64,000 nt of DNA, from positions 64,001 to 128,000 of IMG/VR virus record IMGVR_UViG_3300047311_000323; one strand, written 5' to 3'. This stretch comes from a virus. Under the pieces are notes generated by a model. That model ran no database searches. It saw only the letters and a list, made by a program, of their open reading frames with translations, and had not been told where the DNA came from. Below are positions 9,173 through 16,934 of the stretch, piece after piece; within the stretch, counting starts at the first letter, position 1; each line of letters begins with the position of its first letter. The position numbers and the translations under genes are program-made.

Positions 9173-11719
9173 TTAGAACACACCCTTTTTATTACCAAAG
9201 AGGTTTGACAACTGGGTATAAGAGTCATCCTCGACTGCTTGAGCTGGAGAGAATTCTCCATCAACTCTGAGACCAACTTGTGGCATGCTTCCTGCAGACT
9301 TACGCAGCATACCTGGTTCATGACGGGCAACGACCTTCTTGAGGGATTCGAATGCGTCATCATTAAACTTCATAATCTGATCAACTTGATCTGAGATGGT
9401 TACTCTGTCATGCTTGCACAGACCACGGTCAACCATGTCATAGGTTAGTTCATAGGCACGAGCTAGCTTAATTCTGAAGGTGTTTAACTCTTCTTCCATA
9501 GCTGACTTGACATGTTCCTTCACCATTTCACTGGCAAATTCACTTCCGCCATCAACTTCACCGAAGTACTTCTTCCAGTAAGCAACAGCTTCCTTGTCCA
9601 ATCCGTAAGATGCTAGAGCATCAACGTCATTTGGATCAAGCTTGCCCTCAGAGACGAGTCTCTGAATGACTTCTGCTTCTTTGCGAACCTTTGGTGGTGC
9701 CTTAGCAACCTCCAACATTCTCTTGTTTACTTCTGGGAGGGTCTCAACCAATCCGAGGCTGTCGGATGGCTTTACTTCCAATTCAGTTTGTCCATCGGCT
9801 AGTCTGTCGGCCTGGTCTAGCATATCACTAAACTTTTGCTTGGACATGTCTTGGATTTCTCCGTCTTCTTCTTTACCGAGAGCGTCAGCAGCCAACTTGG
9901 CCCTGAGAGCTGCACGGCCTGCTCTATCATCAAATGATGCCATAGTTAACTTCTTTCCGGCCAACTCTGGTGGTACTTTCTCACCTTGTTCAAAAGTGAG
10001 ATCGTTGTCGTCAGCCAAACCTTCTAGTAGTGGTTCTGCATGTGGCTCTTCGTGTTCGTGTTCTTCACCGCCCACATCTCCATCTAGAAGACCTTCGAGT
10101 CCATCCAAACCACCCAAACCTTCGCCACCCAAATCGCTGTGGTCTTGGTCATCGCCCATCATTTCTTGGACGGCATCCAAATCTGCGTTGGTGTCGTTGA
10201 TTAAGCCCATTAAGTCGCCGCCATCTGCGGAGTGGTTATCCTTCATGCTCATAGCGTCTCCTTCGTCTGAGGCAAGTGATTCGAGTTCTGACTCAATCTC
10301 TGCACGCTTGACAATGGCTTTAGTACCACGAGCATACTTGACGAATGCGGTCATTAGCTTAAAGCCGTCTGCTACAGCAGTCTTGGCTTCGTTTAATGCA
10401 TCGTCTACAATATTGCCTACAAAATCTTGGTTAGAATCAGTTACAGCGCCCTTGTCGTACATTCCAACAATCATATCTAGTTCTTGCTGGTGTTCAGTTA
10501 GTTCTGCAATAGCTTCTTTCATTGCATGAGTTAGTGCGCCATTCAATTCTCTTCTTAGAGTATTGAGGGTTGCTGTGCTGAAGTTATCAGAAGCAGAGGA
10601 CTCCATGGAGTCTTTCTTCTTCTTTGCATCTTGGTCGTCAGCAGCCATTGGGCCACCGGCTGGACCGCCTACGCCACCTGCTGGAGGAGCGCTACCTGCT
10701 TCTGGACCGCCCATTTCAGCTTGTTCACCAGTTAAGGCACGAACAGCTTCTACTAGGTCAGAGCTTAGGTCTCTTACCTTTTCGGCAAGTTCAACTGCAC
10801 TCTGCTTTGGGTCACCAGACTTGCCTGCGTCTTCTGCTGGAGGACCAGCATCTGGACCGGCATCACCACCTGGAGGTGGGGCACTGGATGGGTCACCGGC
10901 TGGAGGGCCGGCTGGTGGAGCACCACCTGGAGCGCCTTGTGCTTTCTTAATTAGTTTGCTTACCGCATCAGCACCATTAACTTTGACCTTTTCGATCAAC
11001 TTGGCACCGAAGTCCTTGGTAGCAATTGAGTCATATAGAACGTCAGTGTTTCCACCGGATAGTTCTGCAACAGATGCAGTCAACAATAGCTTGTCACCTA
11101 GGAATACTTCCCAAGCGCTTCTGCCCTTGTTCTGGGTGCCGTTGCTGTTGGCAGCCTTGACGAATCTGGCTCTTAGTTGAGCGCGTGCTAGCATCTGCTT
11201 ACGCTTCAATTCATCCTTTGGATCAGCGGAGGATGGAGAAGGGTGCATGCCGTCTACTGGACCAACACCTGGGAATGGTGGTTGACCAACCATGTGCTTG
11301 TCTTCGTATTCACGTAGTTCTTCGTTAAGCTTATCTTTTGGATACTTAACTTTACCTGGGGTTGGCTCGTTTACGCCGCCACCACCTAGGTAATAGGCTT
11401 CTTTGCTTCTCAAAGCGTCTTTTGCCATATTGACAATGGAGTTACGCTTGAGGGTGCGCTCTTCTGCTTCTGCACGAGCGAGCATCTTCTTACGCTCTAA
11501 CTCGCCAGATGGGTCAGCCGAAGCTGGAGAAGGGTGCATACCATCGACTGGACCTACCTCAGGGAAAGGAGGCTGACCCGTCATGTGCTTGTCTTCGTGT
11601 TCACGAAGTTGCTCATTGAGTCCGTCTTTTGGATATTTAACTTGGCCTGGAGTTGGCTCATTAACGCCACCGCCACCCTGGAAATAAGCTTGCTTATTGA
11701 TTTCTTTTGATCCGGACAT
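9173..11719 (-). CDS. Putative nested in-frame scaffold product (848 aa) from internal start Met405
   Basis: AAGAGGAACAC-ATG at 11719 is in frame. The product begins MSGSKEINKQAYFQGGGG, mirroring the start of gene 24490..25563 (MSVNKKGYFQGGGG). Confidence 0.55.
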   Translation of the reverse strand: MSGSKEINKQAYFQGGGGVNEPTPGQVKYPKDGLNEQLREHEDKHMTGQPPFPEVGPVDGMHPSPASADPSGELERKKMLARAEAEERTLKRNSIVNMAKDALRSKEAYYLGGGGVNEPTPGKVKYPKDKLNEELREYEDKHMVGQPPFPGVGPVDGMHPSPSSADPKDELKRKQMLARAQLRARFVKAANSNGTQNKGRSAWEVFLGDKLLLTASVAELSGGNTDVLYDSIATKDFGAKLIEKVKVNGADAVSKLIKKAQGAPGGAPPAGPPAGDPSSAPPPGGDAGPDAGPPAEDAGKSGDPKQSAVELAEKVRDLSSDLVEAVRALTGEQAEMGGPEAGSAPPAGGVGGPAGGPMAADDQDAKKKKDSMESSASDNFSTATLNTLRRELNGALTHAMKEAIAELTEHQQELDMIVGMYDKGAVTDSNQDFVGNIVDDALNEAKTAVADGFKLMTAFVKYARGTKAIVKRAEIESELESLASDEGDAMSMKDNHSADGGDLMGLINDTNADLDAVQEMMGDDQDHSDLGGEGLGGLDGLEGLLDGDVGGEEHEHEEPHAEPLLEGLADDNDLTFEQGEKVPPELAGKKLTMASFDDRAGRAALRAKLAADALGKEEDGEIQDMSKQKFSDMLDQADRLADGQTELEVKPSDSLGLVETLPEVNKRMLEVAKAPPKVRKEAEVIQRLVSEGKLDPNDVDALASYGLDKEAVAYWKKYFGEVDGGSEFASEMVKEHVKSAMEEELNTFRIKLARAYELTYDMVDRGLCKHDRVTISDQVDQIMKFNDDAFESLKKVVARHEPGMLRKSAGSMPQVGLRVDGEFSPAQAVEDDSYTQLSNLFGNKKGVF

Positions 11720-12931
11720 GTGTTCCTCTTGTATTTTGGTAGTAGAAGTTTTTGCTAACTTATCCAAGCTCTTCTTCATTTGACTTAACGTAGCTTCAAT
11801 TGATGCAGTAACTTGCTGAAGCTCAGCCAATGATTCCGCCTCTACATCTGCGGATGCAAGCCTAATGGCTTGCGGAGTTTGGAGAGCCAATCCAGAATCC
11901 GGGGTTGTGCCAGTATCCATGGCTTGCGAACCCGACGATTGATTATATGTTGAAGAATTAGTATCTTTTCCAGAATTTTTTACGTTCTTGAATTCTTGCA
12001 CCTTACGAAAGGCTTCATCTAATTCTGTCTTGAAACTATCAATGTCACTTGCTTCGACGTTGAATTGAGCGCTTCCGCCGCCTTCTTCGCCATTTGGATC
12101 TGACACGTTTACATTAGCACTAAACTTGAGATCGGCCATTTTTTCTAGTTCTTTGGCACGATTCTCTAGATAAGTATTCATTGTATTTGCTGCAGCAATG
12201 ATGTGTTTGATGTTGGCTCTAGGATCCGCACCATTTACAACGATAGATAGCTCAATTGGATTGAGGTCTACGTTGATTTCACCGTAGCAAGTCTTGTTCT
12301 TCATATGACTGCAGAAGTCAGCTTCAGCGCGAGCGACTCGACCGCAATCATAACAGATGGCTCTTCCAACAGCAGTGCCCATAGATACGCAGTTAGAAAC
12401 GCCGGTTGAAATTTGTCTAGCTAATTGAGGGAATCCAGCCTTATCTAAGGCGCACAACGCAATCACTCTCTTGAGGCTGCGATCGTAATAGGTATCAACG
12501 ATAAAACCTCTAACATGGTCAACCGAACTCGATTTATGATCCACGCATAGAGGCTTGTGTTTCCACTTCTTGTAAGCTTTGGTTAATTCTGCTTCTGGAA
12601 AAATATCTCCATTGGAATTCTTATATGGCTTAATGTTAGGGTCATTTGATGCCCATTTCCATGTACCACCACTAGTATCCCAGCCTACTTCGACTGGTTC
12701 GCCCTTGAGCGTTAGCTTTGGTGTGCCATCTTCGTTAAGCGCTGCGGCCTCGGCGGCATGCATCATAACGGCAGAGAAATATAGGAAGTCTTCAGCTTTA
12801 GGTGCAATCTTCTTTAGGTTAGTTGCGAACTTCCTAAAGTTCTCCAATACCTCAGCACTCACCTCAGGAAGACATGATTCCATGTTCTCTAGTTTAATTT
12901 CGTGGGCTTCGCCTAATTTAATAATGGGCAT
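9173..12931 (-). CDS. Prohead maturation protease fused to a long scaffold region (1252 aa)
   Basis: N-terminal NGDIF...LCVDH...VSMG...CYDCG...FCSH...IELSIV..GADP pattern (His/Ser protease with Cys cluster). The remainder is acidic, coiled and Pro/Gly-rich, ending in a short amphipathic helix (YTQLSNLF). Confidence 0.85.
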   Translation of the reverse strand: MPIIKLGEAHEIKLENMESCLPEVSAEVLENFRKFATNLKKIAPKAEDFLYFSAVMMHAAEAAALNEDGTPKLTLKGEPVEVGWDTSGGTWKWASNDPNIKPYKNSNGDIFPEAELTKAYKKWKHKPLCVDHKSSSVDHVRGFIVDTYYDRSLKRVIALCALDKAGFPQLARQISTGVSNCVSMGTAVGRAICYDCGRVARAEADFCSHMKNKTCYGEINVDLNPIELSIVVNGADPRANIKHIIAAANTMNTYLENRAKELEKMADLKFSANVNVSDPNGEEGGGSAQFNVEASDIDSFKTELDEAFRKVQEFKNVKNSGKDTNSSTYNQSSGSQAMDTGTTPDSGLALQTPQAIRLASADVEAESLAELQQVTASIEATLSQMKKSLDKLAKTSTTKIQEEHMSGSKEINKQAYFQGGGGVNEPTPGQVKYPKDGLNEQLREHEDKHMTGQPPFPEVGPVDGMHPSPASADPSGELERKKMLARAEAEERTLKRNSIVNMAKDALRSKEAYYLGGGGVNEPTPGKVKYPKDKLNEELREYEDKHMVGQPPFPGVGPVDGMHPSPSSADPKDELKRKQMLARAQLRARFVKAANSNGTQNKGRSAWEVFLGDKLLLTASVAELSGGNTDVLYDSIATKDFGAKLIEKVKVNGADAVSKLIKKAQGAPGGAPPAGPPAGDPSSAPPPGGDAGPDAGPPAEDAGKSGDPKQSAVELAEKVRDLSSDLVEAVRALTGEQAEMGGPEAGSAPPAGGVGGPAGGPMAADDQDAKKKKDSMESSASDNFSTATLNTLRRELNGALTHAMKEAIAELTEHQQELDMIVGMYDKGAVTDSNQDFVGNIVDDALNEAKTAVADGFKLMTAFVKYARGTKAIVKRAEIESELESLASDEGDAMSMKDNHSADGGDLMGLINDTNADLDAVQEMMGDDQDHSDLGGEGLGGLDGLEGLLDGDVGGEEHEHEEPHAEPLLEGLADDNDLTFEQGEKVPPELAGKKLTMASFDDRAGRAALRAKLAADALGKEEDGEIQDMSKQKFSDMLDQADRLADGQTELEVKPSDSLGLVETLPEVNKRMLEVAKAPPKVRKEAEVIQRLVSEGKLDPNDVDALASYGLDKEAVAYWKKYFGEVDGGSEFASEMVKEHVKSAMEEELNTFRIKLARAYELTYDMVDRGLCKHDRVTISDQVDQIMKFNDDAFESLKKVVARHEPGMLRKSAGSMPQVGLRVDGEFSPAQAVEDDSYTQLSNLFGNKKGVF
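11183..11690. repeat. Two 72-codon direct repeats in the protease-scaffold gene
   Basis: The two Y(F/Y)xGGGGVNEPTPG...MLARA units have 59/72 identical residues and are separated by 25 aa. Confidence 0.95.
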
Positions 12932-12936
12932 GCGTA

Positions 12937-13092
12937 TTAGCTCCCTGACTTCTTCTTGGAAGAATCAGTTGACTCATCAGATTGTTTGATGAGATCTTTT
13001 GAACGATCTTTGACAGCTTTCTTTTGCTCTTCATTGAGTTCTTCGCCGTCAACGACGTTAAGTATTTTTCCATCACCGTGTTTAATAAACAT
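12937..13092 (-). CDS. Small 51-aa hypothetical protein (absent from ORF track)
   Basis: MFIKHGDGKILNVVDGEELNEEQKKAVKD...KKSGS*. GGAGAG SD. Fills the gap immediately upstream of the protease gene. Confidence 0.75.
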   Translation of the reverse strand: MFIKHGDGKILNVVDGEELNEEQKKAVKDRSKDLIKQSDESTDSSKKKSGS

Positions 13093-13197
13093 AAACTCTC
13101 CAAATGGGAGACCACACAGGTATAATGTAATATTGCTACAAATTTCCGGTCTGAGACTGAAAACTTCATCTATTATACAGCGATATTACCATTTTAA

Positions 13198-13848
13198 TCA
13201 TCTACCTGACGGGTTCCTCTCCTCTACTGCATCATTTAGCTGTTCTTGCCTCTGATTATATAGATCCACGATTAGTGGGGTCTTCTTCTCTATTTTCATC
13301 TGCAAATCATTACTAATTGCATCTACCCAACTACTTGCCAGTATATTAGTTTGAATATGAGATTTAATTCTTTCATCAATGATTTCATCAATCTCATCGC
13401 ACTGTTTTTGAATACCTTCAATAGCGGCTGTTACATCTTTCACAAACTCTTTAGACTGCAAATCGTTAAACAAATCTGCAAACTGATTAACTGAAACTTC
13501 CAAATCATCCACTGAAGCAATAAATGATTTCATCAGTTTAAGTGTTTGAGTATCGCTTTCAAATGTCTGCATAATGTTAACGCAGTCAAAAGATACCTTC
13601 TTAAACTTATCAAAATTCTCAATGGCCTTATCTCTAAAACGTCTAATGACAGCACGAGCTTTCATTACGTCTTCAGGCGTCATATCTGGGTTGTCTTTGA
13701 ATGGAGTCTTCATAATATTCAAATGATCGGCAGCCTGTATTAGAAACCTCTCAGCAGCCTTAAAATACAATAGCGCCTTCTCTGCCTGCTGCTTTTCGCT
13801 GTCAGACACATTATAGCTCATTTGTACCGAGTAAGACTTTTTAATCAT
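13198..13848 (-). CDS. Hypothetical all-helical protein
   Basis: 216 aa with a heptad-like helical pattern. Directly abuts the upstream gene. Confidence 0.7.
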   Translation of the reverse strand: MIKKSYSVQMSYNVSDSEKQQAEKALLYFKAAERFLIQAADHLNIMKTPFKDNPDMTPEDVMKARAVIRRFRDKAIENFDKFKKVSFDCVNIMQTFESDTQTLKLMKSFIASVDDLEVSVNQFADLFNDLQSKEFVKDVTAAIEGIQKQCDEIDEIIDERIKSHIQTNILASSWVDAISNDLQMKIEKKTPLIVDLYNQRQEQLNDAVEERNPSGR

Positions 13849-14619
13849 TCAATGACCTACCTCTGAGAAGAAACCATCCATACGTTCCACTGGTCCGAAA
13901 CCTCGCTGCCCAGCATCATTGTCATATTCTCCCACATTAGGGATTGTGACACTCTCACTAGGATCATGCCTAAATAGTGGTGGGCTATCATAATTTTCGC
14001 GAGTGGGGTATTGATCCAAATCTGATGGGTACAATGAATCTACTGGGTCCTGCTTAGTCTGGTTCAAGTGTGGAGAGAACGATCCTTGATGTCCTTCATC
14101 CAAGAAAGTGTCACGGTTATCACCAATATACTCTCGTTCATTGGAGACTATATCAGCACTATTAGTATCTTTATCGGGCTTGCAGTGACGGATAATCTGT
14201 TCGAACATATGCATGCTCTGAGGCGGGATACCAACACCAAAGCCTAATGCCTTAGCTTCTTGAATTGCTTTCTCTGGGTCTTTACCAAGAAATCTACACT
14301 CTACTATTGCAGAAGCTAATCCAGTTCTATCCTTACCTTCATGGCAATGAACAAATGTGGGGCCACCTTCTAGAAATAGCTTTTTCATATCCTGAGATAA
14401 AAAATCATACAAGCTTTTTCTAGTATGATCGATATACAGTTTGATATGATTGATTCCTAACATCTTACAAGCTCGATCAATCTTCTCGCCTGTTTCTTGA
14501 TCTAAAGATACAATCTTTTTAATACCCAACTTATCTTTAAGCTCAAGTACATCTTTTGGAGTAGGGCCAGAACCACGATACAATACATCAGGAATAACTG
14601 AACGGAATCTTCTAATCAT
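13849..14619 (-). CDS. Cys-based dual-specificity/tyrosine phosphatase family protein
   Basis: LYRGSGP N-terminal motif and catalytic VHCHEGKDRTG (HCxxGxxR). About 90-aa acidic C-terminal extension. Confidence 0.9.
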   Translation of the reverse strand: MIRRFRSVIPDVLYRGSGPTPKDVLELKDKLGIKKIVSLDQETGEKIDRACKMLGINHIKLYIDHTRKSLYDFLSQDMKKLFLEGGPTFVHCHEGKDRTGLASAIVECRFLGKDPEKAIQEAKALGFGVGIPPQSMHMFEQIIRHCKPDKDTNSADIVSNEREYIGDNRDTFLDEGHQGSFSPHLNQTKQDPVDSLYPSDLDQYPTRENYDSPPLFRHDPSESVTIPNVGEYDNDAGQRGFGPVERMDGFFSEVGH

Positions 14620-15368
14620 AGACTCCTCGACAAGCTATTTAGAACGCCCCTAATGTAAGTAGCATCTTGATTAAACAATACATGCTTAACGAATGTAATA
14701 GCTTGGCCATAAACGGCTGCATTTGGCATATGCTTTCCGGCAATTGCATTCTCACTCATAACAGCAAATTTTTGTTTGAGCACTTGTGCAGCCTTGAGCC
14801 TTTTTTCAGGCTCCAGTCTGTTTAAAATGAAATGAACAATACCAGCCAAATACTGGCCAACTTGGTCGGAATTTCCTAGTTCCGCTACCGCAGCACACTT
14901 AACCATCTTCTTATCTAATTTGACAGGATGAACCTTGTGAAATTTGAGAATAGCATTCTGCAAAGCTACTCGTTCTGGCTTGTTTATCTTGCCTTTAACT
15001 GCCCTATCAAATTGTAGTTTGAACAGCTTAAGAAATACTGTTACTTGCTCTGGGCTAGCTTCTTGACGAAGTTTTCTCATAAGAGCAGAGTAGCTAAACT
15101 CATCAGCGCCGGTTAAGTCAATTGGCGTAATGGCGTTACCTTGGTCATCAGCTTTTGACTTATCAAGGTGCTTAAAAAATTCTACCTGACGAAGACGCTT
15201 CTCAGCGGCTTTCCTAGACTTGTACGTACCTAGGTCTTTTCCCTTTTGAGAGAGCACACGAAAGCTACCGTTTGGTAGTTGGCGAATACGCGCAACCTTT
15301 ACCAAACCCTGTAAGCACTTAGTTTCATAAGTGCTGGCAAGTTGTAACAGTGTGTCTGAGTTTTTCAT
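14616..15368 (-). CDS. Hypothetical head-associated protein
   Basis: 250 aa. RIRQLPNGSFRVLSQKGKDLGTYKSRKAAEKRLRQVEFFKH is a small module seen in phage head proteins. KVA and KCA motifs. Confidence 0.7.
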   Translation of the reverse strand: MKNSDTLLQLASTYETKCLQGLVKVARIRQLPNGSFRVLSQKGKDLGTYKSRKAAEKRLRQVEFFKHLDKSKADDQGNAITPIDLTGADEFSYSALMRKLRQEASPEQVTVFLKLFKLQFDRAVKGKINKPERVALQNAILKFHKVHPVKLDKKMVKCAAVAELGNSDQVGQYLAGIVHFILNRLEPEKRLKAAQVLKQKFAVMSENAIAGKHMPNAAVYGQAITFVKHVLFNQDATYIRGVLNSLSRSL

Positions 15369-15772
15369 TTTCTTGTGTATGGTTTTTCTAGATGAGAGAA
15401 TGCCTCTTTGACATCCAAAGTCTCTTTGCTTCGAAGCATCATGTCTTCGATCGTTCCCTTACCATCAACTTCATTCAAAGCCCTAATGGCTCTTTCATTG
15501 ACGAACATCATATTGCCCATTTGTAAATGACGATTGCCGCCAACAAATGCGCAATTGAGAATCAAACATTCGCGGTAAGCTGCAACAACTTGACCACAGA
15601 ATACGGCCGGGTATGTAGTAGAGATTTGCTCTGTACTTACATCTTCATAAGCATCTCCCACATACACCTCGATGAATTTGCCTTTAAAAATCTCTGCGAG
15701 AAATTCAGCAAACGTTTTGCCAGAACCTTGAAGTTGCTGAATCGTGTCTAAAAGTTGTTGTTCCGATACCAT
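15365..15772 (-). CDS. Hypothetical protein, possible Sm/LSm-like beta-barrel
   Basis: 135 aa: a helix, then GKFIEVYV...FCGQVV...CLILN...MFVNERAI. The fold call is inference. Confidence 0.6.
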   Translation of the reverse strand: MVSEQQLLDTIQQLQGSGKTFAEFLAEIFKGKFIEVYVGDAYEDVSTEQISTTYPAVFCGQVVAAYRECLILNCAFVGGNRHLQMGNMMFVNERAIRALNEVDGKGTIEDMMLRSKETLDVKEAFSHLEKPYTRK

Positions 15773-15781
15773 TGCATTTCC

Positions 15782-16933
15782 TTAGATAAATTTGAGCAGG
15801 AACTTCCTGTGGTTAGTATCAGCAGTTCTAGGGCTGATTGGTTGATAAGATGACTTTTTATTCATAATTTGATTTGTTATGACGTTAATTCCACCTATTT
15901 TAGCTGTTGCATCTTTAAAAGCTTCGACAACTGCTTGAGTCATTTGTCTAACTGCAGCAACACATTCTTTCTCTGGACCAGCGATTGTGCATTCGATTTC
16001 TACGTCATGACCGTCTGTATGAGGATAAGAATTAGATAGTAACTCTTCATCTAGGGCAGAGGTTAATACATTAGAGAATTCAATGGCACTAGAGTAATCT
16101 GGAGCTGAAATACAAATGAGAATGTTATGAGTTGGTAAGGCACGCTTGTACAACCTCTTCAAATCATGAGTTGTGGCGGCTCTTTGCATTTGTGCTTCTT
16201 GTAGATATTTATCCATGATGCTGTCCAATCCCTGTAGATGGTTATCATTTTGTGCGACCATTGATGGTGGTGCTTGGCCAGGTTTTTCTTTACCAGGTTG
16301 ATATCCTGTTTCTTTAGCCATAGTAGCCACTGCCTTTTGGTAGGCTGGATTCTTTCTGTTAATCTCTGTCTGCTTAATCATGTCGCCATAAGTAATGTAA
16401 CCCTTCTTATCATGATCAAAAAGAGGGTTAGCTTCGTATGCTTTCTTTTCAAATTTAGCGGATATCTTGTATCCTAAATCAAAATACTTCTTGCTATACT
16501 TACCACTAGGATCAGTATCTGGATTAGATTCTAAAATGCGAGTAGAAGGATCTCCCTTGATTACGCCTGGTAGTTTAAGAGCGATAGGCCATAGGTTACC
16601 CGTATAGTACAAACCGGCAGAAGTAAATTTGCGGCCATTCATTAATCCGCTTTTACCTTGAATAAATTTCTTGACCCAATCTAATTGTTCTTCGCCACTT
16701 AGCTTAATAAAATCTTGCCAAGTTCCTTGATATCCAAGTCCTCTTAGCGTAGCGGGCATGAATCCAATAAGACCAGATCCCTTGTATTTTTCTTCATATG
16801 CAGACGGATTCAAGCCAGACTCCGAGGTCATGACAGCCAGAAGGTCTTCTGGTTTCATCCCCAATTCTTCGGATATTTTGACCAATTTCGTATAGAAATT
16901 TGGGCCAAGGTTAGCTTTACCTCCTACTGGCAT
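15782..16933 (-). CDS. Lytic transglycosylase (SLT/lysozyme-like) with C-terminal unknown domain
   Basis: LLAVMTSESGLNPSA (catalytic Glu in the ES motif) and GLIGFMPAT (GLMQ-like motif). Confidence 0.8.
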   Translation of the reverse strand: MPVGGKANLGPNFYTKLVKISEELGMKPEDLLAVMTSESGLNPSAYEEKYKGSGLIGFMPATLRGLGYQGTWQDFIKLSGEEQLDWVKKFIQGKSGLMNGRKFTSAGLYYTGNLWPIALKLPGVIKGDPSTRILESNPDTDPSGKYSKKYFDLGYKISAKFEKKAYEANPLFDHDKKGYITYGDMIKQTEINRKNPAYQKAVATMAKETGYQPGKEKPGQAPPSMVAQNDNHLQGLDSIMDKYLQEAQMQRAATTHDLKRLYKRALPTHNILICISAPDYSSAIEFSNVLTSALDEELLSNSYPHTDGHDVEIECTIAGPEKECVAAVRQMTQAVVEAFKDATAKIGGINVITNQIMNKKSSYQPISPRTADTNHRKFLLKFI

Positions 16934-16934
16934 A

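Noticed and set aside
9173-12931. Protease-scaffold-major capsid fusion
   Set aside because: The C-terminal 800 aa are acidic, helical or low-complexity, with no beta-rich HK97-like region.
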